Below, piece after piece: positions 49,411 to 57,755 of a stretch of 64,000 nucleotides of DNA. Position 1 is the first letter of the stretch; each line of letters starts with the position of its first letter. Origin of the DNA: Nitrososphaerota archaeon. Lineage in GTDB: Archaea > Thermoproteota > Nitrososphaeria > Nitrososphaerales > Nitrosopumilaceae. A program made the position numbers and the translations under genes. The notes beneath the pieces are model-generated. The model was given only the letters and a program-made list of their open reading frames with translations, did not search any database and had not been told where the DNA came from. The DNA lies in NCBI GenBank assembly GCA_028867755.1, contig JAGWFT010000001.1, positions 548,727-612,726 of the forward strand, read 5' to 3'.

Positions 49411-49878
49411 ATGGGAAAAGCTTTCTTAGTAGTTAGAATGAAAGGAACAATTAATGTTCCACATTGGGCAAACACTACTCTAGATCTACTCCATTTGGAC
49501 AAGAGATTTAGGGCAACAATAGTGCCGGAACGAGATAATACAAAAGGAATGTTGAATAAGATTAAGCATTATGTGTCTTGGCAAGAAATTGATGTTACAG
49601 TGGCAAAGGAACTTTTAGAAAAAAAGGCTAGGAAGAATGGTTATAGAAAAATTACCTCTGAAGATATTGAAAAACTTGGGTTCAAAAATACCGATGATCT
49701 GGCAAAATCATTAGCAGATGGTGCAATTGCATTATCAAAGTTAACACCGCTCAAACCATGGTTTGCTCTAGCCCCACCAAGACATGGATTCAAGAGGAGC
49801 ACAAAGAAGATGTATGGTGAAGGGGGAATATTGGGAAGTCATAAACAACTTCTTGAACAAGTGAGGCTAATGATGTAA
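49411..49878 (+). CDS. rpl30: 50S ribosomal protein L30
   Basis: VVRMKG..N, LAPPRHG; position between S5 and L15. Confidence 0.93.
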   Translation: MGKAFLVVRMKGTINVPHWANTTLDLLHLDKRFRATIVPERDNTKGMLNKIKHYVSWQEIDVTVAKELLEKKARKNGYRKITSEDIEKLGFKNTDDLAKSLADGAIALSKLTPLKPWFALAPPRHGFKRSTKKMYGEGGILGSHKQLLEQVRLMM

Positions 49879-49879
49879 A

Positions 49880-50302
49880 ATGGCAACAAGACTGCGAAAG
49901 ACAAGAAAATATCGAGGAGGAAGACATCACGGATGGGGACAGATAGGACAACACAGAGCCAGCGGTCACAAAGGAGGCCTTGGACAATCTGGTATGCACA
50001 AACATCACTTTATCAGGATGCTATTAACAGATCCAAAACATTTTGGTCATGATTCTACTCACCCGCCACATCCAAACCTAGTAAGGAAATGGGCAAGTGT
50101 GAGAGATCTAGATGATATTTATGCAAAGCACGGAAAACAAGAAGGCGGAAAGAAAATAATAGATCTCTCAGAGCTTGGCTATGACAAGTTGTTAGGAGGA
50201 GGACAGACAAAGAATGCCTATGTCGTAAAAGTAGAACGATTTTCTGCTACGGCAGAAGAAAAAGTTAAGAAATCTGGTGGCGAGGTGCTTGCAACAGAAT
50301 GA
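49880..50302 (+). CDS. rpl15: 50S ribosomal protein L15
   Basis: RKTRKYRGGR.HGWG, GYDKLLGGG, A.EKVKKSGG. Confidence 0.95.
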   Translation: MATRLRKTRKYRGGRHHGWGQIGQHRASGHKGGLGQSGMHKHHFIRMLLTDPKHFGHDSTHPPHPNLVRKWASVRDLDDIYAKHGKQEGGKKIIDLSELGYDKLLGGGQTKNAYVVKVERFSATAEEKVKKSGGEVLATE

Positions 50303-51732
50303 GTGAAGAAGCAACACCAACAGGTTTTCTTAGAACAATAATTTCTAAAGCAGAAACTTACATTCCGCAGGTACCAAAACCCAAGAAGAAAATTTCCTTA
50401 CATGTTCGTTTGATATGGTGTGGAATAGCTTTATTCATATACATGATTATGGGGCAAACTCCTCTATATGGAGCAACTACTCCTGCATTTGACTTTCTTG
50501 CTTTTGCAAGAGTAATTTTTGCATCTCAGCAAGGAACCTTAGTAGAACTTGGAATTGGGCCTATAGTAACAGCTGGACTCTTGATGCAGCTCTTAAAAGG
50601 TTCTGAAATATTTCATTTGGATTTTAAAAAGCCAGAGGACAGAGAGCTCTATCAAACAGCAACAAAAATTGTAACATATATCGTAATCGTTGCAGAGTCG
50701 TCATTATATGGAATGGCTGTATACGGGCCAAGACTTCCCAGCCATGAAGCTGCCTTTATTCTAATAGGGCAACTTATCGGTGCATCAGTAATCATCATGT
50801 TATTAGACGAATTGGTCCAGAAAGGATGGGGCATTGGAAGTGGAATCAGTTTATTCATTGCTGCAGGTGTAGCTCAACAGGTCGTTTGGGCTCTAATCAG
50901 TCCAATTCCAGCAGGAGACGGAGGTCCAGTTGGAGTTATTGCAAATATTATCTACGCGTTTCTACACCACGACTTTAGTAACCTGTTGTTTAGGGCAAAC
51001 CAAATACCTAGTGTCTTTGGTCTTCTTATCACAGCTGGTGTATTGCTAATTCTTGTATATACTCAAGGGATCAAAGTGGAAATTCCCATCGTATCAACAA
51101 AATACAGAGGATTTTCTGCAGTATATCCAATCAAACTCATGTACGTCTCAAACATCCCTGTCATCTTGGCATCAGCACTCACTGCCAACGCGGTGTTTAT
51201 TGGTCAAATAATGTGGGCTAACTTTAATCCGCGAAATGCAAATCCTATAATGAATTTCTTGGGAATGTTTGATCCGACTTCCCCATCTACTCCAACAGGA
51301 GGTATTCTTTACTATATAACAGCACCACGTGGTCTTGATATTGTTGCACTAGATCCAGGACGAGCTGTTGCGTATATCTTATTCATGGTGGGCATAGTTG
51401 TTCTCTTTGGAAGACTTTGGATTGAACTTGGAGGACTCTCTGCTAAAAGTGCAGCAAAGAATTTGCTTGATGCAGACGTGCAAATACCTGGCTTTAGGCG
51501 TTCCAATCAACCAGTAGAAAGCTTACTGCAAAAGTACATCCCATCTGTTACAATACTTGGCTCTATTATTCTTGGATTGCTAGCTGGATGTTCAGATGTA
51601 TTAGGAACTTTTGGCTCAGGGACTGGGATGCTACTTACAGTTGACATCTTGATTAACTATTACAACTTGTTAGTAAGAGAAAGAGTAGAAGAGGTAATGC
51701 CTACCCTGGGTGCGTTGCTTGGTAGAAAGTAA
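50299..51732 (+). CDS. secY: Preprotein translocase SecY
   Basis: LVELGIGPIVTAG, GIGSGISLFI, YPIKLMYVSNIP, GSGTGMLL. Confidence 0.97.
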   Translation: MSEEATPTGFLRTIISKAETYIPQVPKPKKKISLHVRLIWCGIALFIYMIMGQTPLYGATTPAFDFLAFARVIFASQQGTLVELGIGPIVTAGLLMQLLKGSEIFHLDFKKPEDRELYQTATKIVTYIVIVAESSLYGMAVYGPRLPSHEAAFILIGQLIGASVIIMLLDELVQKGWGIGSGISLFIAAGVAQQVVWALISPIPAGDGGPVGVIANIIYAFLHHDFSNLLFRANQIPSVFGLLITAGVLLILVYTQGIKVEIPIVSTKYRGFSAVYPIKLMYVSNIPVILASALTANAVFIGQIMWANFNPRNANPIMNFLGMFDPTSPSTPTGGILYYITAPRGLDIVALDPGRAVAYILFMVGIVVLFGRLWIELGGLSAKSAAKNLLDADVQIPGFRRSNQPVESLLQKYIPSVTILGSIILGLLAGCSDVLGTFGSGTGMLLTVDILINYYNLLVRERVEEVMPTLGALLGRK

Positions 51733-52324
51733 AAGAATAATAATTGTCGGAATTCCAGGGGTTGGAAAAACCACTCTTGTTTCCAAGGTTGTCGATGTAT
51801 TAAGAGAAAAAAAAATCAGTGTTAGTGTCTCAATATTTGGCACTGTAATGTTTGAAGAAGCAAAGAGGGTTAAGGGAATCCAAAGTAGGGATGATCTCCG
51901 TAAACTTTCTGTACGAGAACAAAAAGAACTTCAATCTATGGCCGCAAGAACAATAGCATCGATAACAGATGAAGTAGTGATAGTAGACACTCATGCGTTT
52001 ATCTCAACAAAGGAGGGCTTTTACCCTGGATTACCTCATAATGTTTTAGAAATTTTGATGCCTGACAGCTTTATTATGATTACTGCAAGACCAGAAGAGA
52101 TCTATAATCGAAGAATGAAAGATACCTCAAGAAATCGTGACATTGTATCAATTGACGCAATCAAGAAAGAACTCGATGTTACAAGTGCAATGCTTTCAAC
52201 CTGTTCCATACTTTGTGGCTCACCAATAAAGATGGTCCTCAATACTGAAGGTAAGATTGATGAGGCTGCAAAAGGGATTGTTAGTGCAATGGGATTTAAC
52301 AATGGAACAAATCATACTCTTTGA
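51710..52324 (+). CDS. adk: Adenylate kinase (archaeal)
   Basis: GIPGVGKTT, DDLRKL, VDTHA, PGLP; real start probably TTG 51719. Confidence 0.92.
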   Translation: MRCLVESKRIIIVGIPGVGKTTLVSKVVDVLREKKISVSVSIFGTVMFEEAKRVKGIQSRDDLRKLSVREQKELQSMAARTIASITDEVVIVDTHAFISTKEGFYPGLPHNVLEILMPDSFIMITARPEEIYNRRMKDTSRNRDIVSIDAIKKELDVTSAMLSTCSILCGSPIKMVLNTEGKIDEAAKGIVSAMGFNNGTNHTL

Positions 52325-52345
52325 TCTTCTAAACGTGATACTAAA

Positions 52346-52930
52346 TTGCTCAAATCAGTAATAATATCAGGTCCTCCTGCTATAGGAAAGACTACTATCG
52401 CAAAGGGTCTTGCAAAGGAATTTGGCCTAAAATATCTCAGCGGGGGCGACGTACTAAAGGAAATGGCAAAAGAAGAGGGATTCAAGACTGGAAGGGACGA
52501 TTTTTGGGATACCGAGGCAGGAATGAAGTTTCTGAACATGAGAAAAGGAAATTCTGAATTTGATAAAGCAGTTGACGAGAAACTAAAGAAAATATTCCTA
52601 ACTGAAGATGTAGTCATAACTAGCTATACTCTTCCTTGGCTAGTCAAAGATGGGATCAAGATTTGGCTTGCTGGGTCACAAGAAATCAGTGCAAGAAGAA
52701 TGACTACAAGGGACAATATTTCATACGACAACGCATATGGAATTGTAAAAAAAAGATATGATGAAAACAAAATGATATACAAGACACTATATAGCTTTAA
52801 TTTTGGAGATGATCTATCTGTGTTCGACGAAATAATAAATACGGACGGTCTGGGTCCAGATCAGGTACTTGAACTTGCAAAGAAGGCAGTGAAAAATCAT
52901 TATGACACTCAAACAAATAGAAAATCTTAG
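52346..52930 (+). CDS. cmk: Cytidylate kinase (archaeal)
   Basis: ISGPPAIGKTT, LKYLSGG, position after adk. Confidence 0.88.
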   Translation: MLKSVIISGPPAIGKTTIAKGLAKEFGLKYLSGGDVLKEMAKEEGFKTGRDDFWDTEAGMKFLNMRKGNSEFDKAVDEKLKKIFLTEDVVITSYTLPWLVKDGIKIWLAGSQEISARRMTTRDNISYDNAYGIVKKRYDENKMIYKTLYSFNFGDDLSVFDEIINTDGLGPDQVLELAKKAVKNHYDTQTNRKS

Positions 52931-53900
52931 AGTAATAGATCAAGACATAACGAACGATTCGTATGGCACTTACTATGACAAAAGGTCGATAGAACAGCTA
53001 TTAAACTACGGTTTCATATTGCTGGATAAACCAAATGGTCCAACAAGTCATGAGGCTGTTGCATGGGTAAAAAAAATACTGAACATTCCAAAGGCAGGAC
53101 ATAGTGGAACTCTAGATCCTCAAGTGTCGGGAATTTTGCCAATTGGTTTTGGTGAGGCAACAAAATCATTGATAGTTCTTTTGCTTGGACCAAAAGAATA
53201 CCAGTCTTTGGGCAGGTTACACTCTTTGCCTTCCACGGAAAAACTAGATGAAGTGTTAAAATTGTTAACAGGAAAAATTTACCAAAAACCTCCACAACGA
53301 TCAGCTGTATCAAGACAAACCAGAATAAGACATGTTTATGAAATTGAAACTGTAGAACAAAAGGAACGACTCTTGCTTTTACGTATCTTGTGTGAAGCAG
53401 GAACATATATTAGAAAAATTTTTTATGATATGGGAGAAATTTTAGGACCTGGAGCCACAATGATAGAATTGAGAAGAACAAGAGTGGCACAATTCAATGA
53501 AGACTCTAACCTTGTGAGAATGCATGACCTTGTTGATGCATATGCACTATGGAAAGAAAAGAATGACGAATCCAAGATACGAAGAATACTCATGCCAATT
53601 GAATACTGTCTAAGCGAGATAAAATCAGTAGTCATAAGAGACTCTGCAGTGGATGCACTATGTCATGGAGCACAATTGGCAATTCCTGGAATTCTTGAAA
53701 TCTCACATGGGCTCAAGAAAGGGGACTTGGTTGGTGTTTATACGCAAAAAGGGGAGGTTGTAGCCCTTGCTGAAGCCATTATGCCAGAAGAAGAGATAGT
53801 TGAAAACACCAAAGGGTTTGCATTTCAGATAAAAAGAATCATCATGGCGCCTAACACCTATCCCAAAAGCTGGCGCTCAAAAGCAGTAGTTAACAATTAA
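52902..53900 (+). CDS. cbf5: H/ACA pseudouridine synthase Cbf5 (TruB family)
   Basis: LDKPNGPTSHE, GHSGTLDP, CEAGTYIR, PUA domain. Confidence 0.96.
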   Translation: MTLKQIENLRVIDQDITNDSYGTYYDKRSIEQLLNYGFILLDKPNGPTSHEAVAWVKKILNIPKAGHSGTLDPQVSGILPIGFGEATKSLIVLLLGPKEYQSLGRLHSLPSTEKLDEVLKLLTGKIYQKPPQRSAVSRQTRIRHVYEIETVEQKERLLLLRILCEAGTYIRKIFYDMGEILGPGATMIELRRTRVAQFNEDSNLVRMHDLVDAYALWKEKNDESKIRRILMPIEYCLSEIKSVVIRDSAVDALCHGAQLAIPGILEISHGLKKGDLVGVYTQKGEVVALAEAIMPEEEIVENTKGFAFQIKRIIMAPNTYPKSWRSKAVVNN

Positions 53901-53927
53901 AAAGGAATCAAATTCACCTTTTGAAAG

Positions 53928-54377
53928 TTGATTCCAAAAGGAGCTACGATTTGTTTTGTTGTAGGAGTAATAGGAGCAGGAATAATTGGGGCATTTTTGT
54001 TTCAAATTTCAAGCCAGGCACCAACTCTAGTCTACCAAAGTGGACCATCTCTTTCAGTAATACCAGATAAAATAAACTATCGACTAGGTGAACCAGTACA
54101 AATAAGGATAATTAATTCAGGAACTGCTCCTCTGACATTTTCTGACTCTTCGTTTGGATTGAAGATTAGAGGTCTTGATGGTACCATAATTTACTTGCCT
54201 ATATCTGCACAAATGGTCTCAACATTAAATTCTCATGAAGAGAAAATGTTTGTCTGGAATCAAACAAAGACAGATGGGAGCAAAGTTATTGAGGGTAGAT
54301 ATAAGATCGAGTCTAACACATCGCCAGACGCAGGCAATGTATTGAAAAAATCAGTTACAATAAACATCTTTCAGTGA
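53928..54377 (+). CDS. Membrane-anchored Ig-like hypothetical protein
   Basis: N-terminal TM helix, then 'YRLGEPVQIRIIN.G' and 'FVWNQ...GRY' beta-sandwich pattern. Its TGA stop is the first 3 nt of the candidate attL. Confidence 0.75.
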   Translation: MIPKGATICFVVGVIGAGIIGAFLFQISSQAPTLVYQSGPSLSVIPDKINYRLGEPVQIRIINSGTAPLTFSDSSFGLKIRGLDGTIIYLPISAQMVSTLNSHEEKMFVWNQTKTDGSKVIEGRYKIESNTSPDAGNVLKKSVTINIFQ

Positions 54378-54408
54378 AATCATTGAAATCATGTGATGTA
54401 TCAATTAA
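54375..54408 (+). repeat. Candidate attL
   Basis: TGAAATCATTGAAATCATGTGATGTATCAATTAA: contains the exact 12-mer and ATTGAAATCAT-N5-GTATCAA, both shared with 57645-57672. Confidence 0.5.
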
Positions 54409-54468
54409 CGTAATAACTAATCTAGCAATAACCTATATTATATAATTCCAAGGCTATATGATGGTGTA

Positions 54469-55578
54469 ATGCAGAGAAGCACCCTACGCTTTGAGAATGC
54501 GATCAAATCAGAGCATACCAGAAAGATGTACAGGTACTACCTTGAAAACTTCAAGAAATTTGTAAAGATAAGAGAGGATGATGGACTGTTACAGCTCAAA
54601 GAATCATTCTTGCAGGAAGCTGTGGAAGATTTTCTGTTTGACCTGAAAAAGAAGATTTCTCCCAATTCTATTCCACAAAGATTCTCAGCCTTACAGCTTT
54701 TCTTTTCAATGAATGACAAAGTGCTGAACTGGGAAAAAATCAAAAAGATGTTTCCTGCTACAGTCAAAAGAACGGGCGGGGATGCATGGTCTACACAAGA
54801 CATAAAGAAAATGCTTGAGAGTACTAAAAGCAAACGAGAGAAGGCACTAATTCACTTTCTTGCATCTACAGGTTGCAGAATAGGAGCCATACCTGACATT
54901 AAATTAAAACACGTTTCAGATATTGAAAATTGTAAGACTGTCAAGATCTATGAGGGGACAACCGAGGAATACCATGTGTTTCTGACACCCGAGGCAAACG
55001 TAGCCTTGGATGAATATTTAAACAAACGAAAATCTGATGGCGAAATCTTGAGTTCTGATTCACCGCTCTTTAGACAAAGGTACAGACTTGGAGGGGCTAA
55101 AGTCAAGCCAGTCAACACGGTTTTGTTAAAGGCTAAGATGACTGATGTAATACATGCAGCCAATATTGAGAGGCTCAAACAAGGAAGGAGATACAGCATA
55201 CAATTGGACCATGGATTCAGAAAGAGATTCAACACCTTACTTAAGAATAATTCTATAGGCAATATTGCGTTAAAAGAAAAGCTGATGGGTCACAAAGGAG
55301 TTTTTGATCTGGATGGTAGATACCACAAACCAGACGTCAAGACTTTATTTGAAGAATTTAAGCTTCACATTACAAATTTGGTCATTAGTGACTCAGAAAG
55401 AGATAAACTAACTATTGCTAAATTATCAGCCGAAAAATCAGAATCCGATAAAAAAGCTATGAGAATTGCAGAACTAGAAGAACAGGTGGCTGCCGTGATT
55501 CATAAACTGGATTTAATCTCGGGAACAAAGAGTGAAGAGAGAAAACCGCCCTTCACAAATGAAAGCCAGCTAGATTAG
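54469..55578 (+). CDS. Tyrosine recombinase/integrase
   Basis: Catalytic set R137 (STGCRIG), H248-x-x-R251 (HGFR), H275 (LMGH), Y285; SAM-like N-terminus; coiled-coil C-tail. Confidence 0.93.
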   Translation: MQRSTLRFENAIKSEHTRKMYRYYLENFKKFVKIREDDGLLQLKESFLQEAVEDFLFDLKKKISPNSIPQRFSALQLFFSMNDKVLNWEKIKKMFPATVKRTGGDAWSTQDIKKMLESTKSKREKALIHFLASTGCRIGAIPDIKLKHVSDIENCKTVKIYEGTTEEYHVFLTPEANVALDEYLNKRKSDGEILSSDSPLFRQRYRLGGAKVKPVNTVLLKAKMTDVIHAANIERLKQGRRYSIQLDHGFRKRFNTLLKNNSIGNIALKEKLMGHKGVFDLDGRYHKPDVKTLFEEFKLHITNLVISDSERDKLTIAKLSAEKSESDKKAMRIAELEEQVAAVIHKLDLISGTKSEERKPPFTNESQLD

Positions 55579-56266
55579 CTTTATTCGAATGCCATATAGG
55601 TTCGAATCCAATCTGTCGGTCGTATTCTTTTGGTTGCTCCTCAGTTAAACCTGCTAAAAGAGATAGCCATCCCATCAATCTAGAATAATCTTCGTATGCA
55701 GACTTCCAGATTTGATTTCCAAATGAATACTGGCTAGATATTAAATGGTCCATCATGTCACCAACCACATTTAACATTTGATACATTATCCCAACCCTGA
55801 AATCTGTTGTTGGCTTTCCACCTCGTATTTTTCCATTAGGAATACTAACCATTGACATGACCAGCCTTGCAAGATTATTTTTTCTGAACTGGGTACTGTT
55901 AAATCGCATATTATTCCCGCTAAATTTGGCAGCTTCTGCAGCCTTTCGAGGATCTAGTAATTCAGCTACTTCATCCTCAAATGTTTCAGCTAATTTTTCA
56001 CTAACCGCTATTGATTCAAAAAAATATGTTAGATCAGCCATTGCAGGAAAAATAACAGTATCGAGAACGTATACTTTCATCCTGTCTAATTCCCGAATTT
56101 TCTTCTTTTCATCTGTTGAAAGTTCCTTGCCCGCCTTGGTCAGATTTTCCTTCTCTCGGTGTAATTGTAACCATTCTTGGACAAAGTTAACTAGCGTATC
56201 GTTAGGAATGTAACTTTTCATTTCACCAATCTTATGAACCTGCTTATTCATGTAACAGTAATTCAT
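55553..56266 (-). CDS. Hypothetical protein (predicted mostly helical)
   Basis: 237 aa ORF convergent with and overlapping the integrase by 26 nt. Start uncertain; ATG 56221 (MKSYIP) is plausible. Confidence 0.7.
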   Translation of the reverse strand: MNYCYMNKQVHKIGEMKSYIPNDTLVNFVQEWLQLHREKENLTKAGKELSTDEKKKIRELDRMKVYVLDTVIFPAMADLTYFFESIAVSEKLAETFEDEVAELLDPRKAAEAAKFSGNNMRFNSTQFRKNNLARLVMSMVSIPNGKIRGGKPTTDFRVGIMYQMLNVVGDMMDHLISSQYSFGNQIWKSAYEDYSRLMGWLSLLAGLTEEQPKEYDRQIGFEPIWHSNKANLAGFHL

Positions 56267-56276
56267 TATGTTACAT
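56250..56276. promoter_or_regulatory. Inverted repeat / candidate operator in divergent promoter
   Basis: ATGTAACA-N11-TGTTACAT, between the divergent ORF237 and the AbrB operon. Confidence 0.55.
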
Positions 56277-56295
56277 ATATCTATTATTATATTGA

Positions 56296-56472
56296 ATGCA
56301 AGAAAATGCTGACAATAAAGAGATCGTAAAGACCTGGCTCACTGGCAACAGTTCCTGTACGCTTGTAATCCCAAAAAGGTTTGCGATAGAATACGGTCTT
56401 GACAAGCCAGCCCATGTAATTATAGAGAAAAGATCTGACGGTTTGCTGGTCCGAAAGCTGGATGTGATCTAA
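56296..56472 (+). CDS. AbrB/MazE/SpoVT-like DNA-binding protein (not in ORF track)
   Basis: Translated by hand: MQENADNKEIVKTWLTGNSSCTLVIPKRFAIEYGLDKPAHVIIEKRSDGLLVRKLDVI* (58 aa). Swapped-hairpin pattern G-S-x-x-(L/V)xIP...GL...(V/I)...xGLL(V/I)RK; stop abuts the next ATG. Confidence 0.82.
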   Translation: MQENADNKEIVKTWLTGNSSCTLVIPKRFAIEYGLDKPAHVIIEKRSDGLLVRKLDVI

Positions 56473-56685
56473 ATGCAGCCATCGAATCTTGACAAGCTTA
56501 GAAAATGCTGTGAAAACCAGAAAACCTATCTTATCGTATATGATGGCGGACCCACTCCAGATCTTCCAGTATTAGTTTGTCAGTCGTGTTATGACAGTTT
56601 TCCAGTATTTCAGAAATTCATAAAATCAAAACAATTCGTTGAAGATTCTTCGAATCAAAAAATGCCAACCCATTCTGTAAAGTGA
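56473..56685 (+). CDS. Small Cys-rich (putative Zn-binding) protein
   Basis: KCCEN...VCQSCY; translationally coupled between the AbrB-like gene and rep. Confidence 0.7.
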   Translation: MQPSNLDKLRKCCENQKTYLIVYDGGPTPDLPVLVCQSCYDSFPVFQKFIKSKQFVEDSSNQKMPTHSVK

Positions 56686-56691
56686 CAAAAA

Positions 56692-57672
56692 ATGAAATCA
56701 GAAAATGAAACTTTGATAAAATATTTCCGTCCTGCCTCTAAGCAAAGTACTCAGATTCTAGCAGCAGTAGCAGCATTTGTTGCAGACCACAAGTTTATGA
56801 CAAATTGGATGACAATAGAACGTGACGGATGGAATCTTCCATGCACTCTTGATAAATATGACTGGTGTGGTCTATGGGTAACTTTTGGTTGTCTGAAAGA
56901 TAGACTACATGAAATGTTAGGAAAGGGAAGACGGGTTTACATAAAGCAATACCAACGATCATGTTATAGATCATCTTGCATGGAATGTTATCTTAAATGG
57001 ATAGCAAGACAGGCAAATAGGGCAACTAGAAGAATTGAAGAATATGCCAAGCTAACAGGTCAAAAACCAGTTCATCTAATGCTCATGGTCAATCCTTCAC
57101 AATATGATCTTCCCTATGACTTGCTAAGAAAACGTATGATGGAGATACTCAAGATAGCTCAATGGGAAGGCGGGGCAGTTATCTTTCATCCCTTCAAATT
57201 CAATGAATCTTCCAGGGATTGGTATTATGCACCTCACTTTCATCTAGTAGGGTTTGGAGAAAAGGATAGAATTGCAAGAGCCTTTGGAAGGTACAAATGG
57301 TATGTGAAAATAGCAGAGGAAAGAAAATCAGTCTTTCAGACGTTCTGTTACCTTCTCTCACATTGCGGCATAAGAAAGAAACACCATACGGTAACTTGGA
57401 TAATGGGTTTATCATATAGCAAAGTACCTTCTGAAAAAGAGCCAAAAAACACGTGTTGCCCTGCCTGCGGAGGCGAATTTGTGCCTGTGTATTACGATGG
57501 AGTACATCCTATTGTGACCTCAGAGCGGCATTTTGAGGGTCTGGTGGACTCAGACGGGCATTGGAAGACAGTGGAAACTGGAAAATGGATTGGGAATGAA
57601 GATAATAGATTCGATTATGCCCCATTTAGAGATCTAAATGAAGTATTGAAATCATTGACAGTATCAAATTAA
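56692..57672 (+). CDS. rep: HUH-superfamily rolling-circle replication initiator (Rep)
   Basis: Motif 1-like VHLMLMV, HUH motif PH182FH184LVG, catalytic-Tyr motif Y220LLSH; N-terminal SC91YRSSC96MEC99YLKW and C-terminal CPACGG zinc motifs. Resembles archaeal (pleolipovirus/plasmid-type) RCR Reps as I recall them. Confidence 0.82.
   Translation: MKSENETLIKYFRPASKQSTQILAAVAAFVADHKFMTNWMTIERDGWNLPCTLDKYDWCGLWVTFGCLKDRLHEMLGKGRRVYIKQYQRSCYRSSCMECYLKWIARQANRATRRIEEYAKLTGQKPVHLMLMVNPSQYDLPYDLLRKRMMEILKIAQWEGGAVIFHPFKFNESSRDWYYAPHFHLVGFGEKDRIARAFGRYKWYVKIAEERKSVFQTFCYLLSHCGIRKKHHTVTWIMGLSYSKVPSEKEPKNTCCPACGGEFVPVYYDGVHPIVTSERHFEGLVDSDGHWKTVETGKWIGNEDNRFDYAPFRDLNEVLKSLTVSN
57645..57672 (+). repeat. 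Candidate attR (inside rep 3' end)
   Basis: ATTGAAATCATTGACAGTATCAAATTAA; ends at the rep stop codon. Confidence 0.5.
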
Positions 57673-57755
57673 TTGTTCTAGAAATCTTTTTCATATAATG
57701 AGAAAACCGCAATAGACTGTGACATTAGCCAAATAATTTTAACCAAGGTTTGTCT

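Larger units (their letters stand above)
54375..57672. mobile_element. Candidate ~3.3 kb integrated rolling-circle plasmid-like element
   Basis: Intact tyrosine integrase, HUH Rep and AbrB-like gene, bounded by the direct repeat TGAAATCATTGA (54375-54386; 57647-57658). Existence of a mobile element is well supported; the right boundary is less certain. Confidence 0.75.

Noticed and set aside
54377-54469. tRNA integration target next to the integrase
   Set aside because: No tRNA-like T-arm or acceptor sequence at either end of the accessory region within the window.
57678-57706. Hairpin after rep as the double-strand origin
   Set aside because: Only a weak AT-only stem (TTTTTCAT/ATGAGAAAA) and TTCTAGAA; more likely a terminator region, and outside the candidate attR. 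The nick site could not be identified by eye.
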